The notes: a model not told the origin generated them from the letters alone. A stretch of 64,000 nucleotides of DNA from Vulcanimicrobiota bacterium (GCA_963820825.1 CAWGBN010000007.1:288001-352000); one strand, 5' to 3'; shown: positions 39,294-50,133, counted from the first letter of the stretch. A program made the numbers and translations.

Positions 39294-40698
39294 GTTCGGT
39301 TCCACCTACCGTGATCGACGCGATCTTCACCGTCGGCATGCCGACGCCGACCGGAACGTACTGGCCGCCCTTACCGCAGGTGTAGTGGCGCCGCGCGAGA
39401 CGTCCGTCGTTACCCACGGCGACGACCTTCATCATCGCGTCGGGACCGTTGCCGATAATCGACGCGTTGCGAACCGGCGCCGTAATCTTGCCGTTCTCGA
39501 CGAGGTACCCTTCGCCCACCATGAAGACGAAGTCGCCCTTGGCGATTTCGACCTGTCCGCCCGCGAAGGATTTCGCGTATAGGCCGCGTCGCGTCGATGC
39601 GAGGATCTCTTCGGCGGAACTCTCGCCGCTGGGCATGTACGTGTTGCACATGCGCGGCTGGGGAACGAAGCGAAAGGATTGGCGCCGTCCGCTGCCGGTC
39701 GATTCGACGCCCATCAAACGCGCGTTGAGACGATCTTGCATGTAGCCGAGCAGCACGCCGTCTTGCACGAGCACTTTGTGCTGGCCCGGAACCCCCTCGT
39801 CGTCGACGTTGAGACTTCCGCGCTCTTCCTCGAGATTTCCGTCGTCGTAGATCGTGACCAGCTCGCTCGCGACGCGTTCGCCGACTCGTCCGCTGTAGAG
39901 CGACGTGCCGCGGCGATTGAAGTCGCTCTCGAGTCCGTGCCCGACGGCTTCGTGCAGTAAGACGCCGCCGCCGCCCGCGCCGACGATCATCTCCATCTCG
40001 CCGGCCGGCGTCGGGACCGCTTCGACGTTCACCGTCGCGATGCGCGCCGCTTCGGCGGCGAGCGCCTCGGGCGTCTCGAGATCGAAATACGCAATCGACG
40101 TCCGCCCGCCGTCGCCCACGTATCCGGAGCCGCGTTCCTTCTTGTCGCTCGCGACGGCCTGCACGCCGAACGTAATCAAGGGACGGCAGTCGTAGACGAG
40201 CCGGCCTTCGCTCGTCGCGATCCAAACCTCTTGAACCTCATCGTTGAGATGCGCGTTCACCGCGACGACGCGCGAATCGTACCGGCGCGCCGCCAGATCT
40301 GCCGCCTCGAGCATGGCGACGTACCGTCCGGCGTCGACGCCGTCGGTGAAGGCGCCGTCGTAAAACGACGCGACCCGCTCGAAGGAGAGATCGACGCTTC
40401 GCGTTGCGCCGTTCGGCGAGTAGCGCGCGATCAGCGAGGCTGCATCGGCGGCCGCCTCCAACGCCTCGTCGCTTAAGTCGTCGGAACAGGCATATCCGGC
40501 CGACTCTCCGATCACGACGCGTATCCCGACCCCGAGCGTAACGCCGTAGGACGCGTCGTGAATCCGGCCGTCTTGCAGCCGGTACGAGAGCGATCGCCGC
40601 CGCTCGCAGAAGACGTCTGCGAAATCGCCGCCGTGGCGCAAAGCGCGGCCGACCAGCCGCGCCAAAAACGCTTCGTCTAAGATGGGTGCCCCGTTCAA
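39286..40698 (-). CDS. tldD: TldD family metalloprotease
   Basis: LLHEAVGHGLE-D, DDEG, PRM-NT, CGK-GQ-VPVGVG-P. Confidence 0.95.
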   Translation of the reverse strand: MNGAPILDEAFLARLVGRALRHGGDFADVFCERRRSLSYRLQDGRIHDASYGVTLGVGIRVVIGESAGYACSDDLSDEALEAAADAASLIARYSPNGATRSVDLSFERVASFYDGAFTDGVDAGRYVAMLEAADLAARRYDSRVVAVNAHLNDEVQEVWIATSEGRLVYDCRPLITFGVQAVASDKKERGSGYVGDGGRTSIAYFDLETPEALAAEAARIATVNVEAVPTPAGEMEMIVGAGGGGVLLHEAVGHGLESDFNRRGTSLYSGRVGERVASELVTIYDDGNLEEERGSLNVDDEGVPGQHKVLVQDGVLLGYMQDRLNARLMGVESTGSGRRQSFRFVPQPRMCNTYMPSGESSAEEILASTRRGLYAKSFAGGQVEIAKGDFVFMVGEGYLVENGKITAPVRNASIIGNGPDAMMKVVAVGNDGRLARRHYTCGKGGQYVPVGVGMPTVKIASITVGGTEHG

Positions 40699-42155
40699 AA
40701 TTCCGCCAGCCGATCGACCGCGCGTACGATCGCGGCATCGGGGTCGCCGGGCGACCCGTCGATGAGAAACGCAAATGCGACGCGTCCGTGCCTCGGCGTC
40801 GTTACGTATCCGGCGAGCGCGCTGACGCCGGAGAGATGGCCGCTCTTCGCGCGAACCCGGCCAAGCGCCGTCGTGAAATCATAATCGTCGAGCGTTCCCT
40901 GACGGCCGCCCAACGGCAAGAGTCGATAGAGCGACGGTTCCTGATCCTCCAACAGCCGCGCGAGCGTGATTCCCGCTACGCGATCTCCGGGCGAAAGGCC
41001 GCTGCCGTCGAAGAGCTTCAAACCCGGCGCCGGAATGCCGCGGCGTTCGAGAAACTGGCGCTCGGCATCGATTCCGCCGGCATCGTTCCGGGTCTGTGCG
41101 ACCTCCGCGCCGACAGTTCGTAAGAGTTGTTCTGCGTAATGATTATCGGAGACGTAGAGCATGTGACTTTCCAGCGTGTCAAGCGGCGCCGAGCGATGAT
41201 CCCAGAGCACGACGCTTTCGAGCGGCGCCGCCCCGATCGCCGGCGGCATCGCTGGGGGAACTCCCTGGGCGACCAGCATGCCGTTTAGGCGATCGGCGAC
41301 GTAGCGCGGAACGTCTTGCATCGGGGTGAATACGCGCTGCGCAACCCCGCCGACCTCCTGCGTCGATTCAATCCGGTCGCCGTCGAGCGAGATCGCGCTG
41401 GTCGGCGGAGCGTAATCCTGTCCGGCATCGTCCGGGCTCCAATGCGGGTTGAGCTCCGGTCCGCTCAGCGTCGTGTCGTCGACGACCACCCGGCCTTCGA
41501 TCCGCCGCACGCCCGCGTGCGCGAGCGCGCCGACGCCGTTGCGGAGGTCCGCCGACTCCAGCGACGGGTCGCCCGATCCGATCAGCCAAAGGTCGCCGTC
41601 GATCGCACCGTCATCGCCGATGCCGTCGTGCGCCGCAAAGATCGTGTGATAGCGGTACTGCGGCCCGAGCGCGTCGAGCGCCGTCGCCGCAACGATCAGC
41701 TTCTGCGTCGAGGCGGGCGTAACGGCTCGTTCCGCCCGATCGTCGTAGATCGTGCGCCCATCGGCCCCAATTACCGCCAAGCTCCACGCACTCGCCCCCG
41801 CCAGCACCGGCGCGAACGCCCCACGCAGTTCGCCTCCCAGTCTGTTGCGCTCGTCGTTACTCCAGGACGTCACGACCGGCACTGCCGTCGCACACGTCCT
41901 TTCGGTTGAGGGGCCTCTCAGTTTTCCGTCGACACACGAGGTGTTTTTCAAAGCTTGCTCTACGGAAACCTGAGCGGAGCTCGCCGAGGACACGACGTCC
42001 GAGGCGTGCGTCCCCGAAGCCGAATGGACGCGTGCGACGAGCAGCCCGACAATTACCAAAGCCAGGAGAGTGACGATCGCAACCGCACGCCTCTTACGCG
42101 CGCGCGATCGCCTCGATCTTCTCCTGTAGCCTACGGTGCTGTTCGCGTAGTTCAT
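40695..42155 (-). CDS. dacB: D-alanyl-D-alanine carboxypeptidase/endopeptidase (peptidase S13)
   Basis: PASTQK (SxxK), GSGDP, SDN, DGSGLS, KSG; N-terminal membrane anchor. Confidence 0.92.
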   Translation of the reverse strand: MNYANSTVGYRRRSRRSRARKRRAVAIVTLLALVIVGLLVARVHSASGTHASDVVSSASSAQVSVEQALKNTSCVDGKLRGPSTERTCATAVPVVTSWSNDERNRLGGELRGAFAPVLAGASAWSLAVIGADGRTIYDDRAERAVTPASTQKLIVAATALDALGPQYRYHTIFAAHDGIGDDGAIDGDLWLIGSGDPSLESADLRNGVGALAHAGVRRIEGRVVVDDTTLSGPELNPHWSPDDAGQDYAPPTSAISLDGDRIESTQEVGGVAQRVFTPMQDVPRYVADRLNGMLVAQGVPPAMPPAIGAAPLESVVLWDHRSAPLDTLESHMLYVSDNHYAEQLLRTVGAEVAQTRNDAGGIDAERQFLERRGIPAPGLKLFDGSGLSPGDRVAGITLARLLEDQEPSLYRLLPLGGRQGTLDDYDFTTALGRVRAKSGHLSGVSALAGYVTTPRHGRVAFAFLIDGSPGDPDAAIVRAVDRLAEF

Positions 42156-44610
42156 CGATGTCGTCGCGAAGTGCGGTCACTTGAGCGGGAACCTTAGCGC
42201 CCTTTCGAATGTGGATTGCCGCCTCCGCCGCGTGGCGGCGCAGACGCCCGTCAATGGTCTGTGCTGCGATCCGGTCGAGCTCGGGCAGGAGGCGTTCGTC
42301 GCCGAGCGACTCGGCCGCTACGGTCGCCTCGAGGGCGACCATAAACATCTCGTCGTCGAGGTGCTGCGCGATCGCGTCGGCGGCGCGCGTGCGTTCGCTC
42401 TCGACGAGCACCCCTAAGCGCGCGATCGCCGCAAGCGCGGCGCGCCGGGCACCCTCGTTTCCTTCCGGACGACATCCCTCGATCAGCAGCGCCATCGTGC
42501 GTGCGTCGGCCAACTCGGCGAGACCGCGCAGCGCACCCGCCTCGACGAGGCCGTTCCAACTGCGTTGCCGCACGCCCGCGGCGAGCACGTCGAACGCACG
42601 AGGATCGCGCGTCTTTCCAAGCGCCGTGAACGCCGCCGCCCGCACGAAATACGAGGCGTGCCGGCCGGCGAGCGCGATGAGCGCTTCCGCGGCCTCGGCG
42701 CCGCGGAAGTTGCCGAGTGCGTCGGCGGCGGCGCGCACGACCTTCGGATGCGCGTGCGAGAGCGCGCGAATCAGCACGTCGCGGGCCCACGGCGCGCGGG
42801 TCGCGCCGATTGCGTGCGCCGTCTCGACCAGCACGCCCCAGAAAGGTTCTCGCTCGAAGGCATTCGCGATACTCTCGCGAGCCGTGCGGCCGCCGTCGCG
42901 AGCCAGCTCGCGCGCGGCGCGGATGCGTCCGACGACGTTTGGATCGGCCCGCAGTGCGGCACCGGCGAGATCGGTCCCGAGCGTGTAGGTAACGTCGGCG
43001 AGCACGACCGCGCCGGGATCGAAGCGCACGAGCTTCGGCTCGAAATCGAGCGGCATGGCGATCGTCTCGTGGGCGCGTTCGACGTGCGCGCGAATGCGCC
43101 GCTCCTGCGAAGGCGCATCCTCGGCCGGCGCGACGGCAACCTCGACGTCGAACGCGTAGGCAGGATGCTCGGCGTCGATGCGTTGCTTCTGGTCGATCGT
43201 GACCGTCGCGACCTTGCGCGCGGCGTCCCACGCAACGCTCACTTCGAGCTGCGGATGGCCCTCACGGAAGACCCACTGATTGAAGAACTCCCGTAAGTTC
43301 CGGCCGGTGGCCAGTTCGATCGCACGGATGAGGTCGATCGTCTCGACCGATCGCTGGGCGTTATCGTGCACGTATCGCGCGATCGAGCGCCAGAAGCGCG
43401 CGTCACCGAGCTCGCCGCGCAGCATGTGCAGCACCGCCGCACCTTTTTGGTAGAGATGCCGATCGAAGATCTCGCTCGGCGCGAAATAGGTGTTGCAGAC
43501 GATCGGGCGGCTGTAACGCTCCGCGTCCTCTCTCAAATAGAGGCTCAGACACTCGAAGATATCGTAGAGGTACTCATCGCGACCGAGATCTGCTTCGCGC
43601 CAAACCGCTTCCATGAAGGTCGCGAAGCCTTCGTTGAGCCAAGCGTGCGACCAATCCCGGCAGGTGAGCAGATCGCCAAACCACTGATGCGCGAGTTCGT
43701 GCGCGACGAGCGGATCGCTCGAGAAGTCGAGGTGTGCGGTCTCGTCGTGAAGCGTTCGATCGGTTTGGGTCGTTGCCGCGGTATTCTCCATGCCGCCGAA
43801 GATAAAGTCCGCGACGGCGATCTGCGAGTAGCGCGCGTACGGATACGGCGTGCCGATCCGTTCTTCGAAGCATTCGATCATTTGCGGGGTGTTGCCGAAG
43901 GAGCGCTCGCCCTCGGCTTCGCGTCCCGGTAGAACGTAGTAGAAGACGGGAACGGCGTTCTTGCCGGCCGTCCCTTGCGCGACCTCGACGAACGGACCGG
44001 CAACCATCGTCATGAGGTAGGTGCTGTGCGGAACCTCCTGACGATATCGAAAGACCGTCTTGTCGCCTTCGTCTTTGCGTTCGACGAGCTCGCCGTTACC
44101 GAGCGCGAACGTTCCTTTCGGAACGACGATGGTCGTCGTAGTCCGCTGCTTCTCGTGCGGATAATCGAGGCATGGAAACCAGAATCGCGCGTACTCGTCC
44201 TGGCACTGCGTCCAGGCGTGGACGACCTTCTCCGGATGCGCGCCGGTCGGCTTGATGAAAAAGAGCCCGTGACGCGGCTTGACGACGCGATAATGGATTG
44301 CAATCGTCGCTTCGCCCGCAGCCTCCATTGGCGGATCGAACTCCAGCTCGAGCTTGTCGTCACGCTGGGCAAACCGCGCGGCACCCTCGACGCGCGATAC
44401 TTCGATATCTACCGCATCGAGCGTCAGCCGCGAAACCGGCTCGTCAAATGCGCGCACGGTGATGGTGGCGACTCCGTCGAGCGTCTCTCGAGCGAGATCG
44501 GGCGTCAAACGGAGGTCGATCTCTTCGACCGCAACGAGCTTATCCGGTCCGTATTGCGGACGGGCGCCGGGCAGTGCAAACGGGTAATGTTCGGATCGGT
44601 CGTCGCCCAT
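42094..44610 (-). CDS. pepN: M1 family aminopeptidase with C-terminal HEAT repeats
   Basis: GGMEN, HELAHQWFG-x-WLNEGFA, Y-KG; repeated VR-AAA-ALG units. Confidence 0.93.
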   Translation of the reverse strand: MGDDRSEHYPFALPGARPQYGPDKLVAVEEIDLRLTPDLARETLDGVATITVRAFDEPVSRLTLDAVDIEVSRVEGAARFAQRDDKLELEFDPPMEAAGEATIAIHYRVVKPRHGLFFIKPTGAHPEKVVHAWTQCQDEYARFWFPCLDYPHEKQRTTTTIVVPKGTFALGNGELVERKDEGDKTVFRYRQEVPHSTYLMTMVAGPFVEVAQGTAGKNAVPVFYYVLPGREAEGERSFGNTPQMIECFEERIGTPYPYARYSQIAVADFIFGGMENTAATTQTDRTLHDETAHLDFSSDPLVAHELAHQWFGDLLTCRDWSHAWLNEGFATFMEAVWREADLGRDEYLYDIFECLSLYLREDAERYSRPIVCNTYFAPSEIFDRHLYQKGAAVLHMLRGELGDARFWRSIARYVHDNAQRSVETIDLIRAIELATGRNLREFFNQWVFREGHPQLEVSVAWDAARKVATVTIDQKQRIDAEHPAYAFDVEVAVAPAEDAPSQERRIRAHVERAHETIAMPLDFEPKLVRFDPGAVVLADVTYTLGTDLAGAALRADPNVVGRIRAARELARDGGRTARESIANAFEREPFWGVLVETAHAIGATRAPWARDVLIRALSHAHPKVVRAAADALGNFRGAEAAEALIALAGRHASYFVRAAAFTALGKTRDPRAFDVLAAGVRQRSWNGLVEAGALRGLAELADARTMALLIEGCRPEGNEGARRAALAAIARLGVLVESERTRAADAIAQHLDDEMFMVALEATVAAESLGDERLLPELDRIAAQTIDGRLRRHAAEAAIHIRKGAKVPAQVTALRDDIDELREQHRRLQEKIEAIARA

Positions 44611-44658
44611 CGTGTCTCGCGTGCTTACGCGCCGAACGAGCGACAGTCCTGTGACGGC

Positions 44659-45399
44659 TTACTCGGCGGCGGTCTGCAGGCCGCCCGTTACTTCGATTAC
44701 GGTGCCCGTGATGAAGTCGCGCTCGGCCGCAACCAAAAAGCGCACTGCATCGGCAACGTCTTCGTAACTCCCCGGACGCCCGCGAGGATTGCGCGCCGCC
44801 TGCTCCAACGCCACCGAGCGCTCGAGCGACTTCTGACGGATATCCCCCGGCGCGACGACGTTGACCGTAATGCCGTGGCGCGCTTCTTCGATTGCCAGGC
44901 AGCGCGCAAACGCAACGAGCCCGCTCTTTGCCGCCTGGTAGAGCGAAAGACTGAGAAACGGCCGCGTCTCACTCGAACCGAGCATCCCGAAGAAGACGAC
45001 GCGGCCGAAGGCTGCCTCGCGCATTGCGGGGATGAGCGCGCGCGCGCTCAGAATCGCGCTGCGCAAGTTTCCATCGATGGCCTGCCGATAATCGTCGAGC
45101 GTCGTCGCGGCGAAGCGCTTGACGACGAGCGGGCCGACCGCGTGCACCAGCGTGTCGAACGGGCCGTGGGTTCGCGCGATCTCCTCCAGCGCGCTCTCGA
45201 CCGCCCCCGCATCGTCCAAGAAATCGACTCGGGCCGCCGCCGTCGCAGCACCGGCAGCTTCGATGGCCGCCATCGTCTTGTGTGGAGGCTTCGAGCGATA
45301 GGTAATCGCGACGCACGAGAAGCCGTCACGCGCTAACGCGGGTGCGATGCCGGCGGCGAGGCCGCCGGCTGCTCCCGTCACGAGCGCGCGACGATTTAC
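44659..45399 (-). CDS. Short-chain dehydrogenase/reductase; start uncertain
   Basis: RRALVTGAAGGL, YQAAK, ITVNVVAPG, FITG--I-V-GG. Confidence 0.9.
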   Translation of the reverse strand, partial: VNRRALVTGAAGGLAAGIAPALARDGFSCVAITYRSKPPHKTMAAIEAAGAATAAARVDFLDDAGAVESALEEIARTHGPFDTLVHAVGPLVVKRFAATTLDDYRQAIDGNLRSAILSARALIPAMREAAFGRVVFFGMLGSSETRPFLSLSLYQAAKSGLVAFARCLAIEEARHGITVNVVAPGDIRQKSLERSVALEQAARNPRGRPGSYEDVADAVRFLVAAERDFITGTVIEVTGGLQTAAE

Positions 45400-45415
45400 C
45401 GGCGCGCGAATCGCT

Positions 45416-46144
45416 TTACTCGCGTACGAAACTCCACGAAAGATCGAAGGCGGCTCCGGAGACCGTCGTGCCGACGACGCGAACGCGATGCGTGCCCCGG
45501 TCGAGACGCCAGGGGGACGCGACGAGAAAGTTCGTGCCGTCCTGGCGCAAGCCGCTCGTCACGCTCCGGCCGTCGATCGAGATGCGGAACTCGGCGAGCC
45601 GAACCGGGCGATCGAATTGAAAGCGAATCGTCGGATTTGGATTCGACGTCGAGCCCGTCGGCCAGACGCTGACGAAATGCACCCCACGCGGATAGGGCGG
45701 CGGCTGCGCGGGGGGCGGCGCGTTCCCCGGCGGTGCGCCGCCGCCGATCGTTACCGTGCTCGTCGAGTCGTTCCAGTTCACGCTCGCGCCGAGTGCCTGC
45801 GAGATGAAGCGCAGCGGCACGTAGGTCGTATCGGTCACGATGAAGGGCGCCACGTCGATCGTCTCCGGCTGGCCCGCGACGCTCACTTGCGTCGAGCCGA
45901 TCGTCAGCGAGATCGTTCGTCCGTGGCGAGTCGCATTGATCTGACCGTTGGAATAGACGACGCTCGCCCCGAGTTGTTCGAAGACGCCGCGCAGCGGAAC
46001 GAAGACCCGGCCGGTGCGGACGATCGGCGGCTGCGCGAAGTTCATCGTCTGTCCGTTTACGACGACCGTCACCGACTGTGGGGCGGCCGCAAGCGGTAGG
46101 ACGGTGACGACGAGCGCTAATATGGTTGAGCAAAGCCATTTCAT
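45416..46144 (-). CDS. Copper amine oxidase N-terminal (stalk) domain secreted protein
   Basis: Signal peptide, GRVFVPLRGVFEQLGA, TYVPLRFISQALGA-V-W, Pro linker, beta-rich C-domain. Confidence 0.88.
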   Translation of the reverse strand: MKWLCSTILALVVTVLPLAAAPQSVTVVVNGQTMNFAQPPIVRTGRVFVPLRGVFEQLGASVVYSNGQINATRHGRTISLTIGSTQVSVAGQPETIDVAPFIVTDTTYVPLRFISQALGASVNWNDSTSTVTIGGGAPPGNAPPPAQPPPYPRGVHFVSVWPTGSTSNPNPTIRFQFDRPVRLAEFRISIDGRSVTSGLRQDGTNFLVASPWRLDRGTHRVRVVGTTVSGAAFDLSWSFVRE

Positions 46145-46173
46145 GCGGGCTCATTACCCGCGCTTGCTCGCTC

Positions 46174-49100
46174 TCAAACGACGCCGTATTCGGCCGGCCG
46201 CGTCATCTCCGCTGTAACCGCGCGCTGATCGGCACGGCGCTCGAAGAAACTCATCCACGTCTCATAGACCATCGGCACGAGGAAGAGCGTCAGGATCAGC
46301 GAGCTCATCAGACCGCCGATGATGACCGTTCCCATCGCTTGGCGCCACTCGCCGCCCTCGGCAAATCCGAGTGAGAGCGGCAGCATGCCGAACATCATCG
46401 CGCACGTGGTCATCAAGATCGGCCGGAACCGAGTGCTCGCCGCCTGCAGCACGGCATCGTGCACGCGCATGCCGCGATGGCAGAGCGTGTTCGAATAGTC
46501 GACGAGTAATATGCCGTTCTTCGCCACGAGGCCGAAGAGCATGATGATCCCGATCATCGAGATGATGTTGAGCGACTGACCAGCATTCGGTTCGACGAGG
46601 TGCATGAACGAGAGCGCGACGAGCGCACCGATAATCGCGAGCGGAACGCAGAGCATGACGATCAGCGGCTCGAGGAACGAACCGTAGAGGATCACCATAA
46701 GCATGTAGACCAGCATGAAGGACGTGAGCAGCGCGATGCCCATGTTCGCCATCGTCTCGTTCATGTATTGCGTATCGCCCTGCGCGGTGAGCTGGACGCC
46801 CTCCGGCAAGAAGCCTGGCCGATGAAGCTGCTTCTCGAGCGGGCCGGTCACCGCGCCGAGCGAGTAGCCCGGCAGAGTGCCGCCGTAGACGTCGACAACC
46901 CGCTGCCGGTTCAGGCGCTTGATCTGCAGCGGCGCTTTCGTCCATTCGAGGTTCGCGATGTCCGAAAGGGGTACGAGCGTTCCATCCTCCGCGCGGACGC
47001 GAACGTCTTGCAATTGATCGACAGTCTTGCGGTCGGTGAGCGGGAACTGCACGCGAACGTCTACCAAGCCGTTCTCTGCACGCACTCGCGTCGCCACCGC
47101 ACCGTCGATCGCCAAACGAGCGGCGTTGGCGGCGGTCGATGGTGAGATTCCCAGAATCTCGGCCTTCTGCGGGTCGATGTTGACGTTAAGGCGTGGCGCG
47201 GCAGCTTCGTTGCTCGTCTGAACGTTGACGCTGCCCGGCGTACTGCGTAGAAACTGCGCCACCTTCTCCGCGGCCGGAGCGATCTCCGATTCAGGTCCCG
47301 AAAGCGAGTAGAAGATCGAGGCCCCCGAGCCGCCGCCGCTATCGCCCGCGACCTGGAAGTCGCCACCGGGGACGAGATAGCCGAGCTTACGGATCTCGTC
47401 GATGATCTTGTACGTGTCGTGACGGCGTTCCGGCAGCGTCTGCGCGTCGAGCCGAGCGTAGTTGTCGCCGATCGCGTTACCCCAGCCTTGCGGCTTGCGG
47501 CCGACTGTCGAGCTGACGGACTTGATGCCGTCGATCTTCATGATGCCGTTCTCGAGATCGGTAACGTACTTCGAGGTCATCTGCAGCGGCGTACCCGGCG
47601 GGTACGTAACGCTCATACCGATCTCGCCGGTCTGCGTTTGAGGAACGAAATCGAAATCGATCGGTCCGAGAAGCGGCAGCAGAATGGCGCACGCGATCGG
47701 CAGCGCGAACGTAGCCAAGGTCAAGCGGCGGCTCCGTCCGGTCGCGTAGAACCAGCGCACGAAGACGCGCGGCACGTTGCGTGCGAGGTCGCCGGCAGCG
47801 CGCATCAGCCGCCCGCGCCGTGCGTGGCCGTTGCCCGAGATCGCCCAGCGGTAGGCGACGTTTTTCTCCGGAATCTTGCGGCGAAGAAGGAAGCCGATGA
47901 GGTGCCAGACCGCCGCGGCGATCAAAATCAGGACGTTGAGCGAAATCGTCGTCGCGCCGGCACCCATCGCCAGCGTGAGCGCGTTGAGCACCAACACCGC
48001 GCAGGTGAAGACGACGAAGAGCCCGTGGTTGAGAGCGTAGGGCAGCGCCTTCGTTCGATACCAGGTAAGGATTCGTTCGTAGCGGAGTACGAAGAAGTTC
48101 AGCACCATCACTGCGGCGATCATGACCGGCAGAACCTGGCGCAACTCGGCAATCGGCCAGGGCACCAAGTATGCCAGGATCGCGGCGCCGCAAAGGACGA
48201 GCGTCCCTTTGAGCGATCCCAGCGTCTCCATCCACTCCGGGCGGTCCTTTGATCGCTTCAGGACGCTCCACTTCGCCGCCAGCAGCGGCGTGAGCGTAAA
48301 AGAGACCAGCAACGAGAAGAGAGTCGCGATGACGATGACGGCGCCGAACTCACGTAGGTACGCGCCGACGATGCCCGGCAGAAAGGCGATCGGCAAAAAA
48401 ACGACGACGTCCACCATCGTGATCGCGACGGCCGCGCCGCCGATCTCGCTGCGGCCGTTGATCGCGGCGTCGATCGGCTCTTCGCCGAGATCGCGATGGC
48501 GCGTGATATTCTCCAGTACAACGATCGAGTCGTCGACCAAGATTCCGATGATGAGCGAGAGTCCCATCAGCGACATCGTGTCGAGGTGGAAACCGAACAT
48601 CTTCATCATGACGAAGGTCGCGAGAATCGACGAGGGAATCGCGATCATGATGACGACAGCGTTCCGCCACGCGTGCAGGAAGAGCAGCATCACGAGCATC
48701 GTGAGCACGATGCCCTCGATGAGGGACTGCCAGACGCCGTTGAGCGACTTTTGCGTGTAGTCGGCCGGGGCGTCGATTTCGGTTAGCGTAACCTCAGGAA
48801 ACTGCGTCTGAATCTGCTTGATGTGCTCTCGTGCGATTTTGGTCGACGTAATCTCGTCGGCGTTGATATTGCGGCCGAGCTCGACGTAGATCCGCGGCTG
48901 TCCGTTGAAATGCGAGACCGACGTCGGCTCGATGTGGCTGTCGAAAGCGTAGGCCACGTCGCCGATCTTCATGTTCTTATTGGAGCTGCCGGGGACCACC
49001 AGCGGGATCCCGAGCAGATCGTGCGCGCTATTGACCTCTGCGTGAACCGAGACGCTCGTCTCCTGCGTGTGCTGACGCAGGATACCACCAGGAAGGTTGG

Positions 49101-49734
49101 CGTTGTTCGAAGCGATGGCGGTAAAGACGTCGCCGAGGGTCGCGTTGGCCCCGATGAGACGTTCGGGAATCGGCTCGACGTGAAACTCCCGATCTGCGGC
49201 GCCCCGAATATCGACCGTTTGAACGTTTGGAATCGACTTGAAGATCGGCTCCAGCTTGTTGTTCGTGAAGTCGGCGAGCGCCGTCTGCGAGAGCGACTTC
49301 GAGCTGACAGCAAGGTCGAGCAGCGGTTGCGACGCGCCGTTCTTCTCGACGGTCGGCGGGTCAAGATCGACCGGCAGATAGACGCGGGCGGTATCGACTG
49401 CGCTCTGGACGTTGATCGCTGCGATGTCGAGGTTCGTCCCGAGCTTGAACTGGACGATGATCGTCGCGACGCCTTCTTGAGCGGTGGCGTTAAGCTGATC
49501 GAGATTGTCGATGCCGTCGAGTTGGTCTTCAATCGGCTTGACGACCAGCCGTTCCATCTCCTGAGGCGAAGCCCCGGGGTAGCTCGAGAATACGACCACA
49601 ATCGGGAAGTCAGTTCCCGGCGGGTCGGCGCTCCGGCCAATCTTGTAAAACGAGATGGTCCCGAAAATCGCCAGGGCGATGAACACCATGGCGGTGATCA
49701 CGGGACGGCTAATTGCGAATCTGGTCAACCACAC
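46174..49734 (-). CDS. RND efflux transporter permease (AcrB/SwrC-like) with an internal insertion
   Basis: F---RP, YPGASP, GILVDDSIVVLEN, GLVAKNGILLVD, RFRPILMTT; start GTG 49734. Confidence 0.94.
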   Translation of the reverse strand: MWLTRFAISRPVITAMVFIALAIFGTISFYKIGRSADPPGTDFPIVVVFSSYPGASPQEMERLVVKPIEDQLDGIDNLDQLNATAQEGVATIIVQFKLGTNLDIAAINVQSAVDTARVYLPVDLDPPTVEKNGASQPLLDLAVSSKSLSQTALADFTNNKLEPIFKSIPNVQTVDIRGAADREFHVEPIPERLIGANATLGDVFTAIASNNANLPGGILRQHTQETSVSVHAEVNSAHDLLGIPLVVPGSSNKNMKIGDVAYAFDSHIEPTSVSHFNGQPRIYVELGRNINADEITSTKIAREHIKQIQTQFPEVTLTEIDAPADYTQKSLNGVWQSLIEGIVLTMLVMLLFLHAWRNAVVIMIAIPSSILATFVMMKMFGFHLDTMSLMGLSLIIGILVDDSIVVLENITRHRDLGEEPIDAAINGRSEIGGAAVAITMVDVVVFLPIAFLPGIVGAYLREFGAVIVIATLFSLLVSFTLTPLLAAKWSVLKRSKDRPEWMETLGSLKGTLVLCGAAILAYLVPWPIAELRQVLPVMIAAVMVLNFFVLRYERILTWYRTKALPYALNHGLFVVFTCAVLVLNALTLAMGAGATTISLNVLILIAAAVWHLIGFLLRRKIPEKNVAYRWAISGNGHARRGRLMRAAGDLARNVPRVFVRWFYATGRSRRLTLATFALPIACAILLPLLGPIDFDFVPQTQTGEIGMSVTYPPGTPLQMTSKYVTDLENGIMKIDGIKSVSSTVGRKPQGWGNAIGDNYARLDAQTLPERRHDTYKIIDEIRKLGYLVPGGDFQVAGDSGGGSGASIFYSLSGPESEIAPAAEKVAQFLRSTPGSVNVQTSNEAAAPRLNVNIDPQKAEILGISPSTAANAARLAIDGAVATRVRAENGLVDVRVQFPLTDRKTVDQLQDVRVRAEDGTLVPLSDIANLEWTKAPLQIKRLNRQRVVDVYGGTLPGYSLGAVTGPLEKQLHRPGFLPEGVQLTAQGDTQYMNETMANMGIALLTSFMLVYMLMVILYGSFLEPLIVMLCVPLAIIGALVALSFMHLVEPNAGQSLNIISMIGIIMLFGLVAKNGILLVDYSNTLCHRGMRVHDAVLQAASTRFRPILMTTCAMMFGMLPLSLGFAEGGEWRQAMGTVIIGGLMSSLILTLFLVPMVYETWMSFFERRADQRAVTAEMTRPAEYGVV

Positions 49735-50133
49735 GGTAGGAGTTCCATTGTTGCCTAGCTCTACGCTGGGGGGCAAGATTCTGTTTCAGGGCCTCCCTCA
49801 AAAGTTCCTCAGTTCGAGCGGGCAAGGGCCTGGACGCCCTTCGAGGGCGATTACGAGTGTATCAAGGCTCGCGGCGCGGCGTTCGCCATGCCGCCGACCG
49901 ATGTGATCGGCTCGACGATCACCCCGATGAAGGGCAGCTGGAGAAACCCCGTCCAGATCAGTCAGCTTCGCCGGTAGAGCGAGCCTTCTCCCCACCCGGA
50001 CTCTTTGGCGGGTTGGCGGTCGAGTTCAGCCAGAGGTTCCAGTGCCAACGCAGTCGCATGGCGGGGCTTAGCGACCAGGCGATTCTCAACGTCGATTTCT
50101 CTGGTCGCCTACTTGCTTCTCCTGGAGAATTGC

